A DNA stretch of 63,261 bases, the filler included, from Phoronis australis (taxonomy: Eukaryota > Animalia > Phoronida), in NCBI GenBank assembly GCA_002633005.1. It is 5 parts of 5 records of this genome, joined end to end, with 100 filler letters (N's around TTAATTAATTAA, not from the genome) between each part and the next. Parts side by side here need not be neighbours in the genome. Positions count along the whole stretch, not along the records: positions 20,630 to 50,711 come from NMRA01000488.1; 4 more parts are not named here. One strand, written 5' to 3'. The translations under genes and the position numbers were made by a program. Shown here one piece after another: positions 38,201 to 50,618 of the stretch (position 1 is its first letter; every line of letters begins with the position of its first letter). The notes under the pieces were generated by a model that was given only the letters and a program-made list of their open reading frames with translations, had not been told where the DNA came from and made no database searches.

Positions 38201-41200
38201 AATTGTTAACTTTGATTAGCGTTTGTATATCCACCAAGTACAGTCAGAGATGTTTAATACAGTTTATGGTCGGATAATTACATTTAATTGGGTCTTGCTC
38301 GCATCGGGCAATGAGGTCATCGCAACTGTACTTGATTCCAGCGCCGCTCAGAAGGACGAGCGGTGAAAATTCCTGCATATCTTTAGAAATGCGTGACTTC
38401 CTCGTAAGGATATTATTCATGGTATGAAGGTGCCCGGTCAATTAGTTTAATTGCATCTTTGTTTCAGTTTGATGTAAGCATTGCTTAGGTTGAGAATAAT
38501 TCATTTTGAAACATAGAGCACAATAATAAGCGTCAACCATGGCAACTCGCAATCCCGACTTAAGACGAGTGCTCATCTGACAAAAACTTCACAGGTTGAT
38601 CGTTAGATTTTACAAGCTATCAGTTCGAGCCAGAATTCACTGATCAAGAAATACAAGAGAGGCGCCGTGAACGTGGACAGACAACAGAACATATGGATAG
38701 TTCCGAAAAACATTTGAATGATTTGTCAACTGATGCTTGTGTTTGCTGCCACGAAATTCCGCAAGTGAAATGCCTTCTTGGAGAAGCATAGACATGTCTC
38801 ACGGACCATCCTGATTTTGCACCGCATCTAAACAGAAGCTTGCTTACGACGTTTTTGGGACTAGGAAAAAGAACTGGCGAAAACATCCCAGAGGTCCAAA
38901 CAGAAGCTTGACGAATGAGTAAGTCATCAAAAAACGTTATGTTCTCATGCCTTGAATTAATTGTAATTGCTTGTTTCCATGGCCAGCTACCATAATCAAA
39001 AAAATGAGCAACAACCGATCCGCGTTGTTTTGTCTCCAGCCCACCGAGCCCAAACACACTAGGCACAACATCTGACTTCATACCCAGTCTCTTTGTCTGC
39101 CCTGGCATGAGCTGTTTGGTAAGCCGGCATTCGATCGTCAGTGAAATCACTGTAGACGAAATGCTGGCCACAGACAAGGAGAAGTTTCACAGCCTAATAC
39201 TTAATTGGTATTAGGGCGTACTTCTCATTCTTCACTACCGTGAACCACTTCGAAGCATTGTGTGCTCACGAGGAAATCGAAAAAACGATATACCTGTTTT
39301 CCTCGTAGCTTCATAGTTCGCACAAGCGGGAACGATACACCACTCCATAGCAGCACTCTCTCTGCAGAAGAACCACTGACGTCGCTGAATCATTTCTCAC
39401 CTTCCTCACAGGTTAACGCGACACCTCTCGGCGAGGTGAGATTGACCGTATACGAAGTGATGTGGATATAGGCCAATTAAGACGGTAAAAAAAGACTAAT
39501 TAAAGCGGGTGGCATTCTCCTTCAAGTTTTCCAAATAGCGTACTTAAGATTTTTAAGTTCCAGAGGAGTCGCGACTAACTGCAGTCCAAATCTGGGCTAG
39601 ATCGCACCCCGCAACAAGCGAAAAATGTTGTTGTCACATGACGTTTGTTTTGAAGTTAGTCTGCAGGTGTGCGCCGAGTGAGTGAGCGCGTTCGTGTCAT
39701 CAGAGTTCATTTGCCAGAGTTGGTAGCAGGCCCACATACTAACATATATGAGGGCCCTAGCGCGTGCTTCTTGGCCACGTGCTCATTAAGTTTCGATTTG
39801 CGGTTTTTACGTGTATAAAAGTAATCTGCAGCGAGGCTCGTGGTCTAGAAATTCCGCGCACAATGATTTTTCAGGACTGTCGGATATTATTGATAAATTG
39901 AATTCATTACTGTAGAATTTTAGGACTGTAGGTAAGGCATTTTTCGCATATGTACACATTCATGGACTGGACTCTTAGTTTAGCGAAGTCTGAAAACGAG
40001 TGCGGGGGTTGCTTATAAGAGCATGGGCGCTTATTAGGACGAATGTTATTATTTATAAAATAATTTTGGCTAAAATGACATTGCATTGTACACTACAATA
40101 AGTTCCAAGAATAATGGTATTTCACTTGCTACGAGTGCATGGACCATTTTTCTGCCTTTCCCCCCTTTTCTTCGTTTCGAACTAGTCCACAAATTACTTT
40201 GTACACGACCACACACTGTGTTCTTTTGTCTAGATGAATCGTGTAATGGGTGACGTCTACAGAATCGGTAGGATCGCACTGCGCCTTTTTTTTGCCAGAG
40301 CATGGACACGATGACTAAACCGAACCTTAAATTCATGATAAAAACAGCACAAGGAGAAGAAAATTTATTCATGTTCATCTGGGAAACGATATAGTGTTTT
40401 TGCGCTCTGAAAAGGCAACCGGCAAGTCAACTTCTACTCGCCCAGCACCATTTTTACTCGCATTGGTGACTGGGCAAATGGCTAAGAACATCCCTGCCTT
40501 ATATGTCTCCAATATCAGCCATTGCGTCTTGTACTATCCGCACATGTCCATACCTCACGTTAGTACTCGGGGAATTCTGGGAAGGAATAATATCAAAAAC
40601 AGCTGCCAACACTCTTTCCGAAGAAGAAAACTGCATTTGCATGCGGCTACATACGGATGTAATGAATTGTTTCAAATAGCTATCTTTGTCTACAGACTCA
40701 CCTGTTATTGAGCATATAAGAATGAGTATTACTACGTTCTCCACTTTGAAAACATATAGCAACACTAACGCAGTGATGAGTACAGCGACTTCAATGGCCT
40801 GGCAAAAAATAGACCAGAAAACATACAGTAAAACTAATTGAGTGATTAGCACAGCGACTTAAAATTTCTGGCAAAGAAGAAGAGAGACCAGAAAACATAC
40901 AGCAACACCAATATATAATAAGCGCAATAGCTTCAATGGCCTGCGGAAGAACAGTGCCGAACTTAGTACGAACAAGACAAATCAATAAATTCAATTAAAC
41001 ATATAGGATAGCTAATTCAGTTGCGAGTTATATGGTTTAAATGATATTGGCAACAAAACTGCAAGTTCAAATGCAATTAAAAACATGCAAAACAAACGAT
41101 TACATAATAAGCAAAATTAAATTATAAATACTGAGCTTTAGTAAAGTTTTACCAATCATTTCAAACTTACTATATAAACAATAAATGATGTTTGCCCAAG

Positions 41201-44200
41201 AGCAGTCAAGATTTCATCAGAGTCTTTAACTACTTCAGTCTGAAAATCCAAGAAAAGCGTTTTTGCACACAGCATGTAACCTTAAGTCAGGTTTCCCCAT
41301 TACTGTCAACACAACATCTTTTAGGTGTTTCGTATTCCAGGAATAAAATTAACATAGCAACATTTTAAATGAGCAGGATTCAGATGCTCTCCCTCAGTAA
41401 AGCTGCTACACACTAACTTTCCATTTACACCAATAAATGCTTTAAAACAAGTCTCAATTTGTTTTTATGCCCAATGAGTAGCGTTTTCCGGGCTTGGAGA
41501 GAGTTAGCCACCTTGTTCATGCAAGAGGTCTTGATAAGCGCGTAAAGTGACACCTTGTGACGAGCAAACTTTTTGAACCTGGTCCCCGGCAATAACAAAG
41601 AGTTCATTATCGCAAACCCAACAAACCATCTTAATTTGTGCATAAGATTAGGCTTATTTCATGGTCACAAGTGATCTAAATCAGAAGAAAGCTCTGTTGT
41701 AACACCACCTTCAGTACACAGTGGTAGAGTTGTTACTGGATATTGCAACAACCTTACACAATCTCATGAGATAACAAATCAGTGAGGAAGCCAGCTGTCT
41801 AAATTGCCTCTGAAAGATCACCTGAGCAGTTACCATATCAGAGTAATCAATGGGATAGATAATGTGAGACTGGATGGAGCTTCCACAAATGACACAAAAA
41901 ATTTCCCTAATGGGAAAGCAGATGAAGGTGTCAGAAGGACATAAAGAGTAAAATAGAGACAAAAAATGCTATAGTTTCAATTTAGTCTTAATGAATTACG
42001 GTAAATTATGATCAGATTTGCAAAAACACCTAAAAAATTATATTCCTCACCATTGATTTTATATTTGAAAAACATTGTTTTTATTCAAGTTGATTACAAT
42101 CTTCATTCCAGCCTCGGACCTGGTCTGAGTCATTTTTTTTCTGATGTTTACCTTATTAGAGTAATTGATTAGCAGAAACGAGCCAACTATTGCCAGCCCT
42201 CCTCCAAACAAGTCCTCTGGTCGGAGGCGCTCTTTTAAAATAGTCACAGCTATGACAGTGTTAGCTGGAAGAGAAACAGAAACTACCATCAGAATTGGAA
42301 ACATTTTGTGACGCCATAATTTCCTCGCCATATTGAGCCTGACATATTCATATATACACCATCAGGATTATTTAGCTAAAATGTGCATTGCACGATCCAT
42401 TGACTGAGGTATTTTTAGCCAGGGTTTTAGGACTTGGCATAATAAAGGCTTTCTATAAGGGTGATTGAAGATTCACCGTAAGTTTACTATTGAAGTGGTC
42501 AAACTTGAACGTGCTGAAGTTGGTTCCCTCGCTTTTATCACGATGACTGCTGCACTTTTCCAGGCTTGTGGGGACCTATGGCATGTGATTTTGTCGATCT
42601 TATTTGAACTCTAACCTGTCAGAAGTAAGTCTTTAAATGCGTCAAACGTAATTTATGACAAAAAGTTTGAGTCAACGTGGCAATGGCCACTGAGACCAGG
42701 TACGATGTGATTTTAAATTCTCTTACCTATCACAGTTGTGGCGCCCAGTGGGGCCACTACAGAGGCAGGTGCATAGCCATAGGCCGAAAAGTTGCCGATT
42801 TCCCCAAGAGCCATCAATATGAGACCTAGCCACCACCAGGGGTTGCGCAGGTAATTTTTCTCAGAACCCCCTTTAGTCACGTGCTCGGCATTCTTCATGT
42901 GAGAATATTTCTGTAAAAATGAAAATGTCATGAACTGCACATTTTTTACAGAAATTTAGACGCCACCTTTAAATCACTACATTGCTTGCATCCATATCTA
43001 TGACATTTACACATTACGATAAAATCTCACCAAATTGTTGTGAATTTTTTGCTACATGTCTTTCTTCGAAACATGATGAAAAAAATTCACCTGTTGGCCA
43101 TATTGCGTCCTAAATTGGTGAGATTATAACGTAAATCTGAAATCGAGAAAATGGTGATTTAAGAAATTATCTATTATAATATAAAATGCATCGTTTCCAC
43201 AAACTCCGTCTCCCCTGCTCCACTACAGACCTTCGTTGCGCCCATTTCAGCACCGCCTTGGTCCCTGGTAGTGCACCGCCCCCTATTTAGATTCAAGGTG
43301 TTCTATTTTTTCTCACGGGCTGTTTTTTCGTGGACTCGGAGGGAGGGTGGCCAGTTTCGTACTGGCCTTGGTTCAACGACCTGGGTGACATCAGACTGTC
43401 AGCTTACCGGGTAATTTCACTTTCTCCAGCTTCTGACGCGTACATAATTCCTCTGGCCTGTCGCCGCCAACATCAATGATGTCATTAAAAATACATTATT
43501 CCTTGAGTAAACTAAATTATTTACCAGTGTTGGAAAAACTGGCATTCTACCATTATTCTGCTGCTAAAATTGTGATGCGCTCTTTTGGGTCGGCTTTCGG
43601 TGACATTGCGTCACCTCTTGGCCAATTTCCTGATTCTTCAATCAACTGTGAGGTTGCGTACATGTCATGACAATCGGAACTGGTTTCATTTCGCCACAAG
43701 TTTTTAGTATTTTAATAACAGAAAACAAAATTTCAGAATAAACTCCCGAGAGATATCGCAAACTTTTAGGAAATGGGGCGTGCGCGTGTCACGAGTATGC
43801 ACTGTTTTCCAAATGACAACACTTTTCTTTGTTACAAAAGGCAGAAAATTACGCAAAGATAACATTCATTAGATTTTTTCTTCAATAAATGACTGCAACG
43901 GGCAAGGTGAGTGTCAGTTGATTCCCAGATTCNGTCATTAGCTCAACATACTGATATAAGTTTCACGACGAGGTGACGAACTGAGCCCAGTCATAACCGG
44001 TTGTATGAAACTTTGGTGTCTGACAGAGCTCAACACACGGCTGCCTAGCTGTATGTTGAAGATACTCTTCATACAGCAAGCTGGCTTCCTACCTCAGTAT
44101 GTACATTTATGACGAGACTTTTGTAAACACAGCTATATACTTTGTGAACACTTTACAGTATTTTTAAAGGCTTTTTACTTGTTTTAGTTTTCACTTTAAA

Positions 44201-47200
44201 TAATATCGGATTGCCGGACTTCGTGTTACTGCAGGGTCAAATGTTTTGGACAGAAATTTGTACTGCCTGTAGATAGAATCCCGCAGTCGCACGCCCTACC
44301 TAAATCTGACAGTGACAGAAATTGTGATTGAAGCTTTAAAGTAAAACAGTCTCTTCAAGAAGTAATTGCTGTTTCTTGCGATGAACACTAATGTTCACTT
44401 GAAGGTGCACCTAATTTACCCTCGGCATTTCCCACTAGCTGCTACCCGTGGGAAAGCATGGGTAACTGGGGGGTAAGTGGGTAAAAGCTAGTTTATTTTA
44501 AACTTGAAGAATATTTAAGAAACAGAGGAAGCTGTTTTGCTGCTACAAGTTTGGCCTTGACTATCACAGTACAAAGCCTCCACCGGCACATATATCTCTA
44601 ACAGTACTAGTAAAATTTGTCCGTATGGAATAGTTTCTTAAATTTAGGACAAGGATTTTAATTAAGTTAAAAGAATGGCACTCGGAAAAACAGACACAAG
44701 TGACTTTTGCTTTTGTGACTCAATTTCTGACACCATTAAAGTTTTAGACTCCAGACATACTTGTAAGAGATGACACACCAAATTCATTCTAAAATTTCGC
44801 ACACAGGTAAATTTTCTGTTTTTGTGATGCCTCCATTTCAGACGGTCAGCACCACAAGTTTCTAAAACTTAAGATGCCATACCTTAAATTAAACCGATAG
44901 CTTTAAACTCTTCTAAAGTGAAGAATTTTACCACCAGCTCATAGTGACGAGTACAGTTACAGTGCACAACCATCTCAAAACAGCAATTCGTAATTAACAG
45001 ATAATCGTGGCATTGAAATGTATGTCATCAAAATGCTGGGTGTGATGGCTCGTAATTGGTCTAACCCTGAGGGTAACATGAAATGATCAATTTATGCATG
45101 ACAGTTGTTCTCTCAACCCATCACCTGATCAATGCTTCAGGCAGTAAAATCTGCCATGTTTCTCCACCTGTTTAGTAGGAATTACAGCAGACGAGTGAAA
45201 TTTTGTTCAGTAAAATTTTTCAACAAATTTTGTAGTTTGATTTATACTGTGTCGATGGCATAAAAACATTTCATAAATTTCCATTATTTGCAGCCAAGTA
45301 ATCAGCATTCGAAAAAAGAAGAACAATAATTCTGGCAAAATTCTTTCTTTTGTACAATGAGTGAAAAATTACCATATTCACATACACACTGAGATGATAA
45401 GTCAATCGTCTTATGAGCGAACGTGACATTTTAAAACAGGCGTTGAAATACTGTGCCGGATTTGACAGTAAATATTGTATCACCTCTCCTAGTACTGGTT
45501 CATAAAATATTCGTATTTTGCCTCATTCCATACAATTCTCATTTTAACTCTACAGCACCCTGCAACGTACATTTTAAAAGGATAATGAAACATAATGTCG
45601 TGACTTTACCCAAAACTTTCAGCCACCTAAAGTTACATGTGCCTCCATTAAAGCACAGTACAAGTTTGAGCACTTCATCCATTGCATGTCTTGAGAAATT
45701 TATCGTCTGCTTCAAAACTGGCAATCGTCTACGCCTTAGTGAAGCGAGCAAGTTCAGAGGATCTTGTAATGAATTTTGACATTATTCCAAACTTTTGAGG
45801 CTGGACGAAAATTGCAGAGTGTTATTTTTGTTTGAAAAGTCAAAATAAATATCTTACAGGAATACCTCTCCCCTCGTAACTTCATTTGATTTACAACAAA
45901 TGACCTTCCCAAGTGATAACAATATAATAGCTGCATTTTTGTTCTATTGTAGTTTATAAATGGCTTCGTTTAACAATAGTTCTAGGTATAGGTGAGGTCC
46001 TTATGTCACACTAAGCTACAATCGGGCAGAAAATAACCTCTATTTGCAACTCCTTATCGGCAATATCTCGAGCAGACAAAACTAACGTCCCGCAACTGTG
46101 ATTCTAATCTCAATACCTTTTAGCAGAACGATGAAAATGTTGCGTGATTTTTCATACCAGAATGAGGACAATAATTGGCCCAAAAATCGAACCATGGAGG
46201 ACCATGCAGACAGATGACTTGGAACAGAACATTATAAGCAAGCGAACATTAAATGCAAGCGAATGTCATTAACAAGACATGTTGCAACGGTGAAACATCT
46301 AGTTGACTGTAAATGTCAACAAGAACGAGAGTGTGAATTACTGTGAAGCCTACCTGGATGTTCAGAGAAACACTGATCAATAGATTTCCTCCAATAGCCA
46401 ACACACAGCCTACCAGCAGATCCTAAAAGAGAAAGTAACACAAGTCAAATTCAATATCACGAAATGCAAACACGAATGGGTGAATTATGGGTAGTTTCAG
46501 TTTTCTCCACCTTTGACAAGCTGAAATTGTAGCATTTTTCCTTTTAACGATTATCGTTCTACCGTAATTCTAGAGCTCTGAAAATATTATAACAAATAGC
46601 AGATTATTTTGCTTTTTCTTTACTCACTTACAATCACTTTCAGCTCACTGAAGGCAGTTTTGCACAACACAATAAAAATAGATGAAGCTTACGTCTTATA
46701 GTAGACTTAACTTCTCACCAGACAATGAATTTGAACACCTTATGTAACTTTTGTATTCAGATTAACTTGAAACAGTAGCACCATGGAAAAGTAAGTTAGT
46801 AAGTTCCCCTCGAAGCCAAACTGTAGTGAAATCAAATTTGGTAACATGAACTTCGGCAAGAAATCACAAGTGCCAATAAAAAGTTTTGTGAATAATTAAT
46901 CTTCCCAGGTAGTTATTTATTCAATTCAAGGGATAAAATTGTAGCAAATGCTTGTATTGTTTTGGTTTTAAGTGTTGTTATTTTTTGTGAAATAACTGGT
47001 ACTATACCTGTGTTGACATAAATTACCTTGCTGTGCACTAGCCGGATTGATCCTGACTAACACTCCAGTTATTAAGCATCGATTTGCCCATCAAAACCTA
47101 TTATATTGTTTTATAGCCAGAAACAGAATGCAAAATTCCCTCCATCACTACCTAAGTCACCACATAATGTTTTCGTTTTCATCAAAAATTCAATCGTTTC

Positions 47201-47694
47201 TAAAACTAATAGTTCTAGGTCACACAGAAACTCTTTCAGAATTCTTTCGGCAATTCAGATAGCAATCCGTAGCTATTGAATTTTCAAAACTGGTGCAAGA
47301 ATAAGCCAGGAAGAAAAATTGATGAATGTGAGATAAGTGTATTTACTCCTTCGCAGCAAAGATGTTCGTAGTTCTTCAAATATTTGGAAAAGTGTCAGCA
47401 AATGGATTCGGACTTACAAACACAAGTCAAGTGTTTGTGTAGTAGGCCTCCACTTCAATAGTACTATAGTGTCACGCCATACGATTGATAAATTTTTAGT
47501 CCATTCACGATGATGTGGCAACTGTCCTGGTAATCAGGTAAGGTTAGACACCTTCCAGATTCTTGTCAGAACCTTGACGTTAAAGCCCAGGCCAAGGCCC
47601 TTGGCAAGGGCGCCAGGACCAAGGAAGGTGGCCGAGTCAGGTCAGTCAGAACAAAACTTACTGTGTAATACTTTTTATCGCTGTCCTGTGCCAT
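31621..47694 (-). CDS. NIPAL2: NIPA-like protein (NIPAL2/NIPAL3 group), putative Mg2+ transporter; complete, 11 coding exons
   Basis: Exons 47694-47662, 46422-46354, 42910-42727, 42264-42152, 41239-41171, 40798-40702, 35811-35676, 34541-34453, 33922-33859, 32580-32459 and 31763-31621 (TAG). All are GT-AG and in phase. Peptides LAIGGNLLISVSLNIQKYSH, WWLGLILMALGEIGNFSAYGYAPASVVAPLG, FLNQAMKTFEATVVVPTNFVFFT, GIMFYQE. Confidence 0.93.
34190..34265 (-). mobile_element. tRNA-derived SINE head fragment
   Basis: The reverse complement has a B-box-like GGTTTGAGTCCCGGTCGGGGC; there is no complete cloverleaf. Confidence 0.5.
35197..35254. repeat. (CA)n microsatellite flanked by (TA)n
   Basis: Seen directly. 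Confidence 0.95.
36055..40496. mobile_element. Outer non-autonomous DNA transposon (CAGGG..CCCTG ends, 5-bp TSD CCTTA; hAT5-like) hosting nested elements in NIPAL2 intron 6
   Basis: TIR CAGGGATAT / ACATCCCTG. CCTTA at 36050-36054 and 40497-40501. Repeated (A)CTCGCC-like subterminal motifs at both ends. Confidence 0.6.
36568..39521. mobile_element. Kolobok DNA transposon, internally deleted (copy 1)
   Basis: Perfect 15-bp TIR AGGAGAATGCCACCC, flanked by TTAA / TCAA. THAP remnant on - (39348-~39050: MEWCIVPAC..FFRFP..KW..VCGQHF..VVPSVF). Convergent cysteine-rich remnant on + (38539-~38920: YQFEPE..CVCCHEI..C.TDHPDF). Confidence 0.85.
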
Positions 47695-47839
47695 ATCAAC
47701 AATGATGGAATGTGTTTTCGAGATTGGTTACATTCTCAGTCAGCGTTGTGTTGATAAAACATAGACAACATTTAGTTCTATATTCAAACATATTTAAAAA
47801 CACGACACATTCCTCCAGGAAGCCACCCGTATCCCATTT

Positions 47840-47910
47840 TGCAGCTTCCGTCGTGATCGACAATTCGACAACTTCCGTTCTTTTCCGTGATGTTGCGGAA
47901 AGAGGGGTTG
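47840..47910 (-). promoter_or_regulatory. Probable NIPAL2 promoter/TSS region
   Basis: CpG-enriched patch with several ETS-like (C/T)TTCCG / CGGAA motifs and a YY1-like AAAATGG immediately downstream. Confidence 0.4.
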
Positions 47911-50618
47911 GTTCTCCGCTAGAGGCCGGTCACATTGTTAGAAGTAATCTGTATTTAATAGTCGGTGAGATTTAACAATGAAACATTAGCACAAGTGCTA
48001 TTATCCGACATTTTTTTAAAATTTAAATCTTCTAACTTAAATTACAAAACCTAAAATTCAAGCTAATTATACACTGCATCCGGAAAATATACAGAACTTA
48101 AACATAAATATAAATTCATGAGCACATGCAAAAGTTACGGCCGGGTGTGTCCACATCTGTAGTGCGTTCACACAAGAGCAGTTTTCAGAGAAAAGATCAC
48201 CAGCAAGTGTGGCAAATTCATTTAAGGCAGTACATTTTCTCATTACCGGTTGGCAATAAGTTGCACAGCAAAATGCACTTATGGGAGATAGAGTTACTGA
48301 CACCAGTTAGTCATGGTTTTGAAACGTTTTACACAGAGACAGTTTTCACCTCTGAGACCGTATCTAGATCCTCTAAATTCAAACTTTCTTGACAAAATGC
48401 AGGATTCAATGACATGTACATTTTTGAATAATTCAATAAATAAATATTTCATTAGCCAACTAATTAAGTATCCAAGAATTATTGTGAGTAGTTTTGACTC
48501 ACTGTCATTGAACACACGAAATTTTAAAGCACGGTGTTGTATCTTTTCCACTTTCTTACTTTTCTGTATTCCAAGTGCCAAACGAGGGGGTAGTTTAAAA
48601 TAGGATCCCATAAATGCGGAATATAACTGTTAGTGCCTAAAACATTAAGAAGACGGAACCCTTAAGCCATTCATTTGTCTTAAAGCTTTTTGCAGATAAC
48701 GTCAACGTGCTCATGGAATTCTAACTGTCTATATCAACTTGGACACCCAGCAGTTTAACAGACTGTTCGCATCTAATCATAGTATCACCAGACATGAGAT
48801 ACTTTATGATTAAGTACACGGTTCCCAGAAAAGATGATCGACTTGAATTTACCAGTGTTTACAGCCATTTCATTTGAGGAGAAATAATCCATTGCCATCT
48901 GCCCAGCTGCCTTGAGGCTGAGGTGAACAGAAGCTAATGAGGACCCTGCTTGCAAGAGGATATTGTCATCAGCGTAATTATATAGCTTATAGTAATTGTC
49001 ACTGTTGCCGGCCAGACGTTTGAGTCATCTGTCACCAACTTGTCAGTTCATTTAAGCATTTTGCAATATTTTGACATTTCCAGCACACAAGTCTAATAAT
49101 TTTCAGGTGACGTGCCTTCTAACTGCTTTGATGAAATGGAACACTGAACTCAAGCCTTGTAGGCCTACTTGTAGTGATGAACTTGACGGCGAGCTGATTC
49201 CGGACTCACTTGCTGACTAGATTCCAAATAAACTTCGTTTTTGAATACCTTTGAACATCCGGTAAGGCTTTTTGTGTTCCAGAGCATATGAAATATGATC
49301 TATGAGAAGCCTATAGGGCCTACATTAGTCAAAATCAACGGCCGTGTCATCAGCCGCGTCCCGGGGTGTTTGGGCCGAAGGCAAAATTCGGCTTCCATTT
49401 TTGCCATCTACATGAACACCCATTTTACTCTAGTGTGAATCATCTAACTTACTCAAATAATGTCTTTATATTATGGCTCTAGTCTTAAACCGTTATACCC
49501 GTCGAATTAGGAAACAGTCAATTTTGATTTAAACCTCGGCGCTACCATGGGCTCAGTCACGAGTCAACTTGTTCCTTTCAGAGCGGGTCTGAGAAGTGAT
49601 TTTTGGCCGGCAAACAACTGAAAGTCCGTCATTCCTCAATACCGGCTATGACCAGCGAATAAAATGACAAACCGTTCAGCCGATCACCAGTCGCTAATGT
49701 CCGACCTGTCATTTTTTTCTAAGTCCATAAATCATACTGATTTTCACTACGGAACAGATTGAAAACATTTTGATAACTGTCAAAGCTCTAAACATTTTTT
49801 GGGGAAGCTGGGTTTATAGCCGCAGGAGTTCCTTGGTTTCAGTGACAAGAGATGAGCGCATTCCACCTTTCCACTGATTACTCGATGGAATGAGAAGTGT
49901 CCCGGATATACATGTATTCAACTAACCTTACATAGGTATCGGTATTTGCGTGCCTGTCCTGACATCTTTTGGTGAAGATGGTTGGCATGCGGGCTCCCAA
50001 CAAATGACCTACTCACGCAGTGGTCAATTTACAGATTCAGCATTCAGACTGCGCACCCGATATCCGGCGTGAGAACGGGACAGCCCCAAACGTTATGTAA
50101 ATAAGTTCGAGTTTGGTGTAAGCAGGCCTTGAACAGATTTTTAAAACGATGTTACAACATCACCAGTTCAAAACGGCGTTTCGGGAAGTTGTGGGTATGG
50201 TATGTCATGACAAAATTCAGGAAAATTTTCCATTATACCCCATGTAATTCTCTTGACTTGGTCATTTCTTGGGAGGCGCGTGGACTGTGAACTTTGCGCT
50301 CGTAATTGCAGCAACATCGCGCCATTGTAATGGCAAAAATACACTGGTCATCAATTAGCTCTTGCGATGCGTGGTAGAAGTTTTGAGAAATGAGTACGTT
50401 CTGCCACAGTAGCAAGCGTTTCGCTACGGGATACGCGCGTGAGGCATAGTACGTACCGCAGCAGTGTCAAGCGTGCCAGGTTAAAAGCGTTTATCAGGGC
50501 CTCAAACATTTCCGAACTGTCAGCTTTCCCGAGCCCAGGTACGAGTAAGAAACCAGTTTATTACGGTTCGTTGTCTAAGTAAAAGTTTGCCACGATGGCA
50601 GAAGGCGGCCGGGGTTCA

